This document shows, piece after piece, positions 1 to 9,411 of a DNA stretch of 64,000 nucleotides. Under the pieces are notes generated by a model. It was not told where the DNA came from. It saw nothing but the letters and a program-made list of their open reading frames with translations, and did not search any database. Position 1 is the first letter of the stretch, and each line of letters starts with the position of its first letter. This DNA comes from Ignavibacteriota bacterium (GTDB lineage Bacteria; Bacteroidota; Ignavibacteria; UBA10030; UBA6906), in contig CAWDEM010000004.1 of NCBI GenBank assembly GCA_963801355.1, positions 224,001 through 288,000 of the forward strand. Direction: 5' to 3'. The translations under genes were made by a program, and so were the position numbers.

Positions 1-304
1 TGGTGAAGGCGTCGAGGGCTTCGGCGGAGCGGTTCAGATTTGAAAGGATGAGCCCCTTGCGCTGCCAGGTATCGGCGCTGTACGGAATATGCACAAGCAT
101 CCGGTCAACGAAACGGAGTGCTTCTTCGTATCGTCCGTTGTCGAAGTAGAAATTGACGATTTCGTCGAGCGCTTCGAGGTTGGTGATATCAGCTGAACCG
201 TCACCGAGCAGATCTTTGTACTTCCTCAGCTCGTCTTCAAAACGGTCCGCTTTCCCCTCCTCGCCCTCTTCATCGTCGAGACCGCCGTTGTCCAGAATGC
301 TCAT
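1..304 (-). CDS. Tetratricopeptide-repeat protein (5' part; runs off window start)
   Basis: Hand translation of the minus strand: MSILDNGGLDDEEGEEGKADRFEDELRKY...FYFDNGRYEEALRFVDRML...WQRKGLILSNLNRSAEALDAFT, a TPR-like pattern. GGAG lies upstream of ATG 304; an in-frame alternative ATG is at 325. Not in the ORF track. Confidence 0.75.
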   Translation of the reverse strand, partial: MSILDNGGLDDEEGEEGKADRFEDELRKYKDLLGDGSADITNLEALDEIVNFYFDNGRYEEALRFVDRMLVHIPYSADTWQRKGLILSNLNRSAEALDAFT

Positions 305-368
305 TACCGCTCCATTGGAGGACATCCTCAGGGGTAATAAGTTCAAAAAACTGCGTGAAGTCAATAGA

Positions 369-397
369 TTGATTTTGAGGGCCCACAGCCGTATATT
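369..397 (+). promoter_or_regulatory. sigma70-type promoter of the yggS operon
   Basis: TTGATT (369-374), 17 nt, TATATT (392-397) in an AT-rich intergenic region. Confidence 0.6.
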
Positions 398-413
398 TAT
401 GTCTTAGTTTTCA

Positions 414-1109
414 ATGATTTCCACGAATATTGACACATTGCGGGAACGCATTGCCGCCGCCAGCCGCCGGTCGGGCCGCCGGCCGGAGGATGTGACCCTT
501 GTCGCGGTTGCCAAGACATTCCCGGCGGAGCGGGTCGATGAAGCGGTCCGCGCCGGCGTCGTGGACATCGGTGAGAATTATGTGCAGGAGTTGCTCGGCA
601 AGCGCGCAGCACTCGCTGCCCGGGATATCCGCTGGCACTTTGTAGGTCATCTGCAGTCGAACAAAGTGCGCCAGATTGCAGAGTGGATACATCTTGTGCA
701 TGCGCTGGACAGTGCATCGGTTGCGCGGGAGCTCGACGGCCGGGCAGCGCGGGCCGGGAGGACTCTTGAGGCCCTTGTCGAAGTGAATACCACGGGGGAG
801 CAGACGAAGTTCGGCCTGCAGCCCGGAAGAGTTGCCGGATTCATCCGGTCGCTTGAGCCCCTGGCACACATCCGCATCGGCGGGTTGATGACTATCGGTC
901 CATTTCTTCCCGATCCGGAAGGATCACGGCCGATGTTCCGCATGTTGCGGCTTCTGCGGGACGAAATCGCCCGGACGCCGCAGGCAAACGTGGACCTGCA
1001 TCACCTGTCCATGGGCATGACAGGCGACTTTGAAGTGGCCATTGAAGAAGGGGCGACACTTGTGCGTATCGGCACCGCAATCTTCGGATCGCGGAAAAAG
1101 CCTGGATAG
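414..1109 (+). CDS. yggS: PLP homeostasis protein, YggS/PROSC family
   Basis: LVAVAKT (PLP Lys), GENYVQE, WHFVGHLQSNK, LSMGMTGDF, VRIGTAIFG motifs. Confidence 0.95.
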   Translation: MISTNIDTLRERIAAASRRSGRRPEDVTLVAVAKTFPAERVDEAVRAGVVDIGENYVQELLGKRAALAARDIRWHFVGHLQSNKVRQIAEWIHLVHALDSASVARELDGRAARAGRTLEALVEVNTTGEQTKFGLQPGRVAGFIRSLEPLAHIRIGGLMTIGPFLPDPEGSRPMFRMLRLLRDEIARTPQANVDLHHLSMGMTGDFEVAIEEGATLVRIGTAIFGSRKKPG

Positions 1110-1121
1110 GCGGAGGACCAA

Positions 1122-1670
1122 ATGAAACTGACACCGCTGGACATTCGCAAGCAGGAATTCAAACGCGTGATGCGCGGCTATGACCCCGTGGAGGTCGATA
1201 CCTTCATGGACGTGATGGCCAACGAGTTTGAGGAAGTCCTCAAGTCCCAGAAGGAAATGCGCGACCGTCTTGTCGAACTGGATGTGCAGCTGAGAGATTA
1301 CCGCCAGATTGAAAAGACTCTGCAGCAGACGCTCCTGCAGGCCCAGGAGACAACGGGGAAGACGTACGAAGCCGCCCGCAAGGAAGCGGAACTTATTGTC
1401 CGGGAGGCCGAGCAGAAAGGTGCGCGGATTGTGGAGCAGGCACATGACGAACACGCGCGCGTGAAGAATGAGATCGTTCAGCTCACCAGCCGGAAGGAAA
1501 CCCTGATCCAGCAGCTCCGCGTCGTGCTGAGCGCAGAGCTCGACTTGCTGAAGTCGCTTGAGCTGGGCACCGCGGAAGGGCTTGTCACGCCGTCCCCGGT
1601 CGGTACGGGAAAGACTTCCATTGATCTGGACGCGATCGCAAAGACACTGGACCATGATACAACTGCGTAA
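1122..1670 (+). CDS. divIVA: DivIVA domain coiled-coil protein
   Basis: N-terminus [26 protein letters not shown] is the DivIVA signature, followed by a long coiled coil; GGAGG RBS. Confidence 0.9.
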   Translation: MKLTPLDIRKQEFKRVMRGYDPVEVDTFMDVMANEFEEVLKSQKEMRDRLVELDVQLRDYRQIEKTLQQTLLQAQETTGKTYEAARKEAELIVREAEQKGARIVEQAHDEHARVKNEIVQLTSRKETLIQQLRVVLSAELDLLKSLELGTAEGLVTPSPVGTGKTSIDLDAIAKTLDHDTTA

Positions 1671-2484
1671 GCTCATTGACGAAACGATAGCGTTCCTGCG
1701 GACCAGAACCGCGGCGACGCCGGGAATCGGCATCATTCTTGGCACCGGTCTCGGCGGGCTGGTCAAGGAAATCGCTATTGAAACCGTGATTGACTATACG
1801 GAGATTCCGCACTTTCCGCTTTCCACAGTGGAATCCCATCACGGCAAGCTGATCTTCGGGCGGCTCGGGGGAAAGAGCGTTGTCGCGATGCAGGGACGCT
1901 TTCACTACTACGAAGGGTACACCATGCAGCAGGTGACCTTTCCCGTGCGCGTGATGAAGTTCCTCGGCGTGCACACGCTGCTGGTCTCCAATGCCGCCGG
2001 CGGGATGAACCCACAGTTCCGCAGGGGAAGCCTGATGATCATCACGGATCATATCAACCTCCTGGGCGATAACCCGTTGATCGGACCGAACGATGAGACC
2101 CTCGGCCCGCGTTTTCCGGATATGTCGGAACCGTACAGCAGGAAACTGATCGCACTTGCGGAGCACGTGGCGCTGGATCTCAAGATCCGTACGGAACGCG
2201 GTGTCTTCGTGGCGGTTCCCGGACCGAACCTTGAAACGCGTGCCGAATACCGGTTCCTGCGGTTGATCGGGGCCGATGCCGTGGGAATGTCGACCGTGCC
2301 GGAAACTATCGTTGCAAACCATATGGGGCTGGCCGTGCTGGGTTTTTCCATCATCACGGACGAATGTTTCCCCGATGCACTCCAGCCCGCGAACGTTGAG
2401 GAAATAATCACTGTCGCCGGATCCACGGAGCCGAAGTTGACAGCAATCATGAAGGGCGTCGTCGAACGGCTCCCTGCTCTCTAA
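1654..2484 (+). CDS. punA: Purine-nucleoside phosphorylase (trimeric type)
   Basis: [42 protein letters not shown]; start trimmed to ATG 1654. Confidence 0.93.
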   Translation: MIQLRKLIDETIAFLRTRTAATPGIGIILGTGLGGLVKEIAIETVIDYTEIPHFPLSTVESHHGKLIFGRLGGKSVVAMQGRFHYYEGYTMQQVTFPVRVMKFLGVHTLLVSNAAGGMNPQFRRGSLMIITDHINLLGDNPLIGPNDETLGPRFPDMSEPYSRKLIALAEHVALDLKIRTERGVFVAVPGPNLETRAEYRFLRLIGADAVGMSTVPETIVANHMGLAVLGFSIITDECFPDALQPANVEEIITVAGSTEPKLTAIMKGVVERLPAL

Positions 2485-2497
2485 AGGACAGTACCGC

Positions 2498-5400
2498 GTG
2501 TTCAAAGAGTTAAGCGAACGGGTGTCGTACCCTGCTATCGAGAAAGAGATCCTGGCGTTCTGGAAAGAACGCGGGATCTTCGAGAAGAGCATCACGACCC
2601 GTCATGGCGGACCGGGCTTCATCTTCTTTGAAGGCCCTCCAACCGCCAACGGTCGTCCGGGTATCCATCATGTCATGTCGCGCACACTGAAAGACCTTGT
2701 GTGCCGCTACAAGACCATGCGTGGATATCAGGTGCACCGGAAAGCCGGCTGGGATACGCATGGTCTGCCGGTGGAAATCGAGGTCGAAAAGCAGCTGGGC
2801 TTCAAGCATAAGGAAGATATTGTCCGCTATGGGGTCGCCGCGTTCAACCAGAAATGCCGCGAGTCAGTCTGGAAATACAAGACCGACTGGGAACGCATGA
2901 CCGAAGAAATGGGGTACTGGGTGGATCTCCAGCACCCCTACGTGACATTTACGAACGAATACATTGAATCCATCTGGTGGGCTCTCCAGCGGATCTACGA
3001 CGAAGGCATGATGTACAAGGGGTACAAGATCCAGCCCTACTGTCCGCGTTGTGAGACACCGCTTTCGTCGCACGAGGTTTCCCTCGGTTATGAGGATGTC
3101 AAAGACCCGAGCGTGTACGTTCGCATGCGGCTCACGGGTGCGCCCGATACTGCGTTTCTGGTCTGGACGACCACACCCTGGACGCTCATCGCGAACGTTG
3201 CACTCGCTGTTGCAGCCGACGTCACCTATGTCACGGTGGAGCACAAAGGCGAAAAACTGATTCTTGCCGAGGCACGGCTTCCGGTGCTCGAGGGAGAGTA
3301 CACCATTCTGGAGAGGCACACAGGCCACGAACTTGCCGGACTGGAATACGAGCGGTTGTTTTCCTACCACGCCGTTGACCGCAAGGGATTCTTTGTGATC
3401 GAAGCTGATTTTGTCACCATCGAAGACGGCACCGGCATCGTCCATATGGCGCCCGCGTACGGTGAAGATGACTACCAGGCCGGCCGGAAATACAATCTCC
3501 CCGTGCTTCATCCGGTCAACCGCAGCGGCGAGTTTGGTCCCGAAGTCACTGACTTCTCCGGACTATTTGTCAAGGATGCCGATCCCCTGATCATCCGGAA
3601 CCTGAAAGAGCGCGGTCTCCTGTATAAGAAGGAAACGATCACCCACAGCTATCCACACTGCTGGCGCTGCAAGACACCCCTGCTCTACTACGCGCGCGAG
3701 TCGTGGTATATCAGCACAACGAAATTTGCCGACCGGATGATTGCGTTGAACAAACAGATCAACTGGGTGCCGCCGGAAGTCGGTGAGGGACGGTTCGGCA
3801 ACTGGCTGGAAGAGAACAAAGACTGGGCGCTGTCGCGCGACCGGTTCTGGGGGACACCGCTGCCGATCTGGATTTGCGAGAAGTGCAAAACACAAAAGTG
3901 TATCGGAAGCATCGCCGCACTCCGGCAGGGCAACAACGTGCAGGAACCGCTTGACCTTCACAAGCCGTTTGTGGATGAGGTCACGTTTGACTGCTCGTGC
4001 GGGGGGACGATGCGCCGCACACCCGAGTTGATTGACGCATGGTTTGATTCCGGCGCGATGCCGTTCGCACAGTGGCATTACCCCTTCGAAAACAGGGAAC
4101 GGGTTGACAGCGGCGAACAGTACCCCGCGGATTTCATATGCGAAGGGGTCGATCAAACGCGGGGATGGTTCTACTCATTGCATGCCATCGGCACATTCCT
4201 GTTTGATAAGCCGGCCTACAAGAACATTCTGGTCAACGAGCTGATCCTCGACAAGGACGGCCAGAAGATGTCGAAATCCCGGGGCAACACGGTGGATCCG
4301 TTTGACATCATGGCCCGGTTCGGCGCAGACACCACCCGCTGGTACCTGGTGACCTCCAGTCCGCCCTGGCGCCCGACGATGTTTGATACCGAGGGACTCG
4401 TTGATGTGCAACGCCGGTTCTTCGGGACGCTGGTGAACACCTATGCATTCTTCGCGATGTATGCGAATATCGACCGGCTGACCTGGAAAGAAGCCGAGGT
4501 GCCGGTTGCAGAGCGACCGGAGATTGACCGGTGGATACTTTCCGAGCTGCATTCATTGCTCCTGCGATACCGCGGCTTCATGGATGCCTACGAGGTCACG
4601 AAAGCCGCACGCAGTGTCAGTGACTTCACGATCGATGCCCTCTCGAACTGGTATGTCCGCAGAAACCGCCGGAGGTTCTGGAAGAGCGAGATGGGGCGCG
4701 ACAAAGTGGCGGCCTATCAGACGCTCTGCACCTGCCTTGAGAGCGTGGCGAAACTCATGGCCCCGTTCGCTCCGTTCCTGGCCGAAGAGATTTTCCGCAA
4801 TCTCAACAGCGTCACCGGTCACGAAGACGTGGAGTCGGTGCATCTGTCCGCCATTCCGGAACCGGATTCCTCCATGATCGACCGGGCGTTGGAAGAACGC
4901 ATGGCGCGCGCCCAACGCATTGTCATGCTGGTACGCGCAATGCGGATGAAAGCCAATCTCAAGGTACGGCAGCCGCTGCGTCAGATCATACTGCCGGTGC
5001 CCGAAGGGCCCGAGCGCGACAATATCAACTCCGTGCGGGAGATCATCCTTGACGAAATCAACGTGAAGACGATCACGTACGTGAGCGACGAGTCGGGCAT
5101 CGTCCAGAAAAAAGCAAAACCGAACTTCAAGACGCTGGGCCCAAAATTCGGCAAGTCGGTACAGAAGGTTGCCGCCCGGATCAAGGATATGACCGGTACG
5201 GAAATCTCCGCGCTGGAACACGATGGCGGGGTGGCGCTCAGCGCCGGGGACGAGGAGTGGACGATCGCCACCGGTGACGTGGAGATTATCCGCGAGGACA
5301 TTCAGGGCTGGGTGGTGGAATCGGATGGCGGCCTGACCGTGGCCCTGGACACGCGGCTTGACGAGGAGCTCGTTGCCGAAGGCGATGCGCGGGAATTCAT

Positions 5401-5638
5401 CAACCGCATTCAGAACATGCGTAAAGATGCAGGATTCGACGTTACCGATCGCATCACGATCGTCTACACGGCCACCGCGCTCCTCCAGGCACGCCTGGAG
5501 AGACAGAGGTCCGTGATTACGCGGGAAACGCTGGCCGATGACTTCCGCACGGGTCCGGCCGTCGGCGAGCGCACCGCGAAACAGGATATTAATGGCGAGG
5601 AGGCGGACGTGACAATTACCCGCGTTCGCCGTGGTTAG
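2498..5638 (+). CDS. ileS: Isoleucine-tRNA ligase, type 2
   Basis: EGPPTANGRPGIHH, GWDTHGLP, WTTTPWT, EGVDQTRGWF, KMSKS, IleRS2-type C-terminus; GTG start. Confidence 0.97.
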   Translation: MFKELSERVSYPAIEKEILAFWKERGIFEKSITTRHGGPGFIFFEGPPTANGRPGIHHVMSRTLKDLVCRYKTMRGYQVHRKAGWDTHGLPVEIEVEKQLGFKHKEDIVRYGVAAFNQKCRESVWKYKTDWERMTEEMGYWVDLQHPYVTFTNEYIESIWWALQRIYDEGMMYKGYKIQPYCPRCETPLSSHEVSLGYEDVKDPSVYVRMRLTGAPDTAFLVWTTTPWTLIANVALAVAADVTYVTVEHKGEKLILAEARLPVLEGEYTILERHTGHELAGLEYERLFSYHAVDRKGFFVIEADFVTIEDGTGIVHMAPAYGEDDYQAGRKYNLPVLHPVNRSGEFGPEVTDFSGLFVKDADPLIIRNLKERGLLYKKETITHSYPHCWRCKTPLLYYARESWYISTTKFADRMIALNKQINWVPPEVGEGRFGNWLEENKDWALSRDRFWGTPLPIWICEKCKTQKCIGSIAALRQGNNVQEPLDLHKPFVDEVTFDCSCGGTMRRTPELIDAWFDSGAMPFAQWHYPFENRERVDSGEQYPADFICEGVDQTRGWFYSLHAIGTFLFDKPAYKNILVNELILDKDGQKMSKSRGNTVDPFDIMARFGADTTRWYLVTSSPPWRPTMFDTEGLVDVQRRFFGTLVNTYAFFAMYANIDRLTWKEAEVPVAERPEIDRWILSELHSLLLRYRGFMDAYEVTKAARSVSDFTIDALSNWYVRRNRRRFWKSEMGRDKVAAYQTLCTCLESVAKLMAPFAPFLAEEIFRNLNSVTGHEDVESVHLSAIPEPDSSMIDRALEERMARAQRIVMLVRAMRMKANLKVRQPLRQIILPVPEGPERDNINSVREIILDEINVKTITYVSDESGIVQKKAKPNFKTLGPKFGKSVQKVAARIKDMTGTEISALEHDGGVALSAGDEEWTIATGDVEIIREDIQGWVVESDGGLTVALDTRLDEELVAEGDAREFINRIQNMRKDAGFDVTDRITIVYTATALLQARLERQRSVITRETLADDFRTGPAVGERTAKQDINGEEADVTITRVRRG

Positions 5639-5664
5639 TCAACTTCAGAGGGAGTAGAACAGGC

Positions 5665-6246
5665 ATGGCAAAGAAACCAGTACGATCGACCGTCAAGAGC
5701 GGGACACGCAAGACCGCCCCCCAGAAACCCAAGACGGCGCCCGCAAAGAAAACAGGCGGACGGATGACCAAACCCGTCGTGCGGAAAAAGACAGCATCCA
5801 GATCCGCCGCGTCATTTGTCCCGGGCCCCCGGACGTATTCCGCGGAAGAACTGAAGAAGTTCAAAGAGATGATACTCGCCAAGCGCCAGGAGACACTCGA
5901 GGAGCTTGACAACCTCAAAGAAACCATCATGGATGTCACAACGGGCGAGTATGTCAGCGAGAGCTCGAATTACTCGTTGCATATGGAACAGGGCACCGAT
6001 GCCATGGAACGCGAGAAGACGTTCCTGTTCGCGTCCCGCGGGAGCAAGTTTGTCACACAGCTTGATGACGCTCTGATGCGCATCAAAGACAAGACCTATG
6101 GACAATGCAAGGTCTGCGGGCTGCTGGTTCCCAAGGAGCGCCTTGATGCGGTCCCGACCGCACAGACGTGCGCGGAATTCAAAAACACCGGCATCCCCTG
6201 CGAGCGGGGACGTCTGGCGCTGGCAAAGATGAAGCAGGGGAAATGA
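5665..6246 (+). CDS. DksA/TraR family transcription factor with Lys-rich N-terminal extension
   Basis: HMEQGTDAMERE coiled-coil tip and DALMRIKDKTYGQCKVCG...ERLDAVPTAQTC. Confidence 0.85.
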   Translation: MAKKPVRSTVKSGTRKTAPQKPKTAPAKKTGGRMTKPVVRKKTASRSAASFVPGPRTYSAEELKKFKEMILAKRQETLEELDNLKETIMDVTTGEYVSESSNYSLHMEQGTDAMEREKTFLFASRGSKFVTQLDDALMRIKDKTYGQCKVCGLLVPKERLDAVPTAQTCAEFKNTGIPCERGRLALAKMKQGK

Positions 6247-6250
6247 CCTG

Positions 6251-6838
6251 ATGTGGGTACTCGTGGTGTCTCTCCTGATCATTCTCTGCGATCAGGTATC
6301 CAAACTTCTTGTCCGGGGGGTGCAGATTCCTGCCCTCGGTATTGCGTTGGAGGGGATGCCCTATGGCACGAGCATCCCGGTTCTCGGGGATTTCTTGCGC
6401 CTGACGTATATCGAGAATTCTGGAATGGCATTCGGCATCGATGTGGGAGGGAAGGTGTTCTTCTCCCTCTTCTCGCTTGTGGCCAGCTCTGCAATAATCA
6501 TCTACCTCTACCGCGTGCGGACCGCCCCGTTAGGTTTCCGGCTGGCTCTCTCCATGATCCTTGGCGGGGCCCTCGGCAACCTGGTGGATCGCATGTTCTA
6601 CGGCATCTTCTTTGGCTACGGTCCCTTGTTCGGCGGCAGAGTCATCGATTTTATTGATGTTGACTTCTTCACGATCGACCTCTTCGGCTACCACCTCTCC
6701 CGCTTCTGGGTGTTCAATGTGGCTGATGCCAGCGTCACAGTCGGCGTCATCCTGTTGCTGGTATTTCACCAGATCGGTGTTGCGGAAGATACCCCTGTGC
6801 CTCCGGCGACTCCCCCCACCCCTCCGGTGACTCACTAA
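6251..6838 (+). CDS. lspA: Lipoprotein signal peptidase II
   Basis: DQVSK, ENSGMAFG, GGALGNLVDR, VIDFI, VFNVAD. Confidence 0.95.
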   Translation: MWVLVVSLLIILCDQVSKLLVRGVQIPALGIALEGMPYGTSIPVLGDFLRLTYIENSGMAFGIDVGGKVFFSLFSLVASSAIIIYLYRVRTAPLGFRLALSMILGGALGNLVDRMFYGIFFGYGPLFGGRVIDFIDVDFFTIDLFGYHLSRFWVFNVADASVTVGVILLLVFHQIGVAEDTPVPPATPPTPPVTH

Positions 6839-6852
6839 CCCGCGACCGAGCC

Positions 6853-7821
6853 ATGCCACAGGAATTTGACATCGTTGTTCCTGCCGGCAAAAAAAAAGAG
6901 CGGCTGGACGTCTATCTGACAAACCATATAGAGAACGCAACCCGCACGAAAGTGCAGGCGGCGATCCATGCGGGACTTGTGCTGGTCAACGGAAAGACGG
7001 TACGCGCCAGTCACCCCGTGGCGCCGGGCGAAGTCATTCACGTCACTCTCCCCAAACCACCCCCGCCCGATGTTGTGGCGGAAGCGATTCCCCTGTCCAT
7101 TGTGTATGAGGATGAGCATCTCCTCGTCGTCAATAAACCCGCAGGCATGGTGACACATCCCGCCTACGGCAACCACACGGGGACACTGGTGAATGCATTG
7201 CTGCACCATTGCGGCACACTGCCGGCGGTCAGTGACGCTTCGCGCCCGGGAATCGTCCACCGGTTGGATAAGGACACTTCGGGATTGATGGTGGTGGCGA
7301 AAAACGATGCCGCCCATGTGCATCTCGCCCGCCAGTTCGCCCGGAGAACCATTATACGCGAATACTGGGCGGTCGTCTGGGGGACATTCCTGTCGACTTC
7401 GGGCGTGATCGAAGCCGCTCTGGGCCGGAGCAAAGCTGACCGCAAGATGATGGCTGTGGTCGCGGACGGAAAGCACGCTGTGACCGGCTACGAGGTGATC
7501 GACCAGTTCCCATACCTCGCGCTGGTGCGGCTGAAGCTGCAGACCGGGCGCACACACCAGATCCGGGTGCACCTCGCGCATATCGGCCATCCAGTATTTG
7601 GCGACCCGACCTACCACGGCCGCCGGATCAATGCGGGACCCCGAACAGCGGGGCAGAAAGCCCGGATACAGGAACTGCTGGCACTGGTGTCCAGGCAGGC
7701 GCTTCATGCGAAGACCATCGGATTCCTCCACCCCGCAACCGGACAACAGGTGTTCTTTGACTCTGTTCTCCCGGAAGACATGCAACTGTTACTCGAGCGG
7801 CTGCGGTCCACCGGAGAGTAG
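6853..7821 (+). CDS. rluD: RluA/RluD family pseudouridine synthase with S4 domain
   Basis: N-terminal S4 (RLDVYL), NKPAGM, HRLDKDTSG, TGRTHQIRVH, QALHA. Confidence 0.9.
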   Translation: MPQEFDIVVPAGKKKERLDVYLTNHIENATRTKVQAAIHAGLVLVNGKTVRASHPVAPGEVIHVTLPKPPPPDVVAEAIPLSIVYEDEHLLVVNKPAGMVTHPAYGNHTGTLVNALLHHCGTLPAVSDASRPGIVHRLDKDTSGLMVVAKNDAAHVHLARQFARRTIIREYWAVVWGTFLSTSGVIEAALGRSKADRKMMAVVADGKHAVTGYEVIDQFPYLALVRLKLQTGRTHQIRVHLAHIGHPVFGDPTYHGRRINAGPRTAGQKARIQELLALVSRQALHAKTIGFLHPATGQQVFFDSVLPEDMQLLLERLRSTGE

Positions 7822-7828
7822 CCGTCGC

Positions 7829-7857
7829 TTGTCACTCAAACACGGAAATGGTATATT
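7829..7857 (+). promoter_or_regulatory. sigma70-type promoter with extended -10
   Basis: TTGTCA (7829-7834), 17 nt, TATATT (7852-7857) preceded by TGG. Confidence 0.7.
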
Positions 7858-7890
7858 ATCCCAACCATCCACCAACCTTACGGAGGTCGA

Positions 7891-8799
7891 ATGAAACCTT
7901 CGCACAACCGCCTGTTGCGGATCATCACCCTGTGCGCGATGGTTTGTGCGCTTGTCATTAACGGGACAACTGCACAAACGGAGCTGGAGAAGGCGCTCTC
8001 ACAGTACAACGCCCAAACAGTCACCGGCTACATACAGCCGGTTGCGGATCTCTTCGGGGCCGACATGCACGCCGGCTACTACCACAACGCAGCAATTCCG
8101 CAGTCGGGATTTGGTCTCGGCTTCGACATTGTCGTCATGGGATCCATTGTGCAGGACGCACAGAAATTCTATAACGCTCAGGCACCTGCGGGTTTTGATC
8201 CTTCGACATTCAAAACCGCCACGATCTTCGGGGGAAAAGGATCACTCATTTCCTTCAAGGGACTGGAGTACAAGGGGTCGGATGGAATTTTCAATACCTC
8301 GCTCTTCCCCCTGGCGGTGCCGCAACTCCGGATCGGTTCGCTGTACGGCTCCGATCTCACACTCCGGTTTGTTGCCATCCCTGAAATAGGGGACGCAAAG
8401 GTTCCCGTCATCACACTCTGGGGTGTTGGTGTCCGCCACAGCATCAGCCAGTACTTCTCGCATTCGCCGGTGGATATTGCCGTGGGTGGGTACTTCAACA
8501 GCTTCACCGTGGGTGACCTGATGGACTTCAAGGGGTTTGCCGTCAACGCCCAGGCCAGCAAGACCATCAGCGTTCTCATACTGTACGGCGGCGTCGCCTA
8601 CGAAAGCAGCAAGATGGGCCTGACATACACATCAACAGACCCCACAGTTCCGCCCGCCGTCGACATCAAGATGGACGGTGCGAACAATGTCCGCTTCACC
8701 CTCGGTGCCGGTTTGTCGCTGGGCATCCTGAATATTTTCGCTGACGCGAACTTCGGATCTGTCACAAACTTTTCCGGCGGTATTGGATTCGGCCGGTAA
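7891..8799 (+). CDS. Exported, probable outer-membrane beta-barrel protein (DUF6588-like)
   Basis: Signal peptide, amphipathic beta strands, GVRHSISQYF, terminal GGIGF strand; GGAGG RBS. Confidence 0.6.
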   Translation: MKPSHNRLLRIITLCAMVCALVINGTTAQTELEKALSQYNAQTVTGYIQPVADLFGADMHAGYYHNAAIPQSGFGLGFDIVVMGSIVQDAQKFYNAQAPAGFDPSTFKTATIFGGKGSLISFKGLEYKGSDGIFNTSLFPLAVPQLRIGSLYGSDLTLRFVAIPEIGDAKVPVITLWGVGVRHSISQYFSHSPVDIAVGGYFNSFTVGDLMDFKGFAVNAQASKTISVLILYGGVAYESSKMGLTYTSTDPTVPPAVDIKMDGANNVRFTLGAGLSLGILNIFADANFGSVTNFSGGIGFGR

Positions 8800-8845
8800 C
8801 GGATGTGCTCCTGAAACCGCCTGTGCTATTCATCGGAGATCAAAT

Positions 8846-9397
8846 ATGAAGACGAAACTTCTACTGGTAGTTCTACTCGGCCTACTCGCAACGACCGGTT
8901 CCACCTGTATCAATGATGGATTTCTGGTTGCCGTGAATCTGCCGATCGAACAATGCTTCACCATCAATGCAGGTCCGAATCTGGTCTTTGGCAGTTCCAT
9001 AGTCGTCAAGCTGGCTGACGAGATCGATGCGTCGTACCTCGACAATATTAAAAGCGCCCGCTTTTATGACATACGGATCCGCACAACAGGAACCTACAAC
9101 GGGACCGTGTACGTGGAAGGCAAGATCGACGGTCTGCCTCTTGTGATGACAAAGACCCAGCCATGGCCCTGGTCGGATTTCGCCGCCCCGCAATCACTGC
9201 TCGGGAATTCAACGAAACTCACGTTCGATTCGCTCGGGGTGAAACAGATAGTGGCGAAACTGAATCAGTTCAAGACAGACCCCAATACCACCATCACACT
9301 CTCGGCAAATGGAACGTTGGCGGGTCAATCCCCGGTACCGAGCGGTCTTGCAGTCTGCCTGGAGATCCTTGCGCAGGTCGATGCGGAGGTTCAATAG
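8846..9397 (+). CDS. Hypothetical lipoprotein
   Basis: MKTKLLLVVLLGLLATTGSTC lipobox-like signal; GGAG RBS; beta-rich mature part. Confidence 0.7.
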   Translation: MKTKLLLVVLLGLLATTGSTCINDGFLVAVNLPIEQCFTINAGPNLVFGSSIVVKLADEIDASYLDNIKSARFYDIRIRTTGTYNGTVYVEGKIDGLPLVMTKTQPWPWSDFAAPQSLLGNSTKLTFDSLGVKQIVAKLNQFKTDPNTTITLSANGTLAGQSPVPSGLAVCLEILAQVDAEVQ

Positions 9398-9411
9398 GTA
9401 TCGGTAACTCC

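Noticed and set aside
6888-6897. Poly-A run in rluD as a slippage or phase-variation site
   Set aside because: It is in frame and encodes Lys codons in an intact gene.
9163-9411. ORF-track N-terminal extensions (rlmN; also 1558, 10481, 31183, 48125, 56207 and others)
   Set aside because: They overlap upstream genes; downstream starts fit the family N-termini or RBS positions better.
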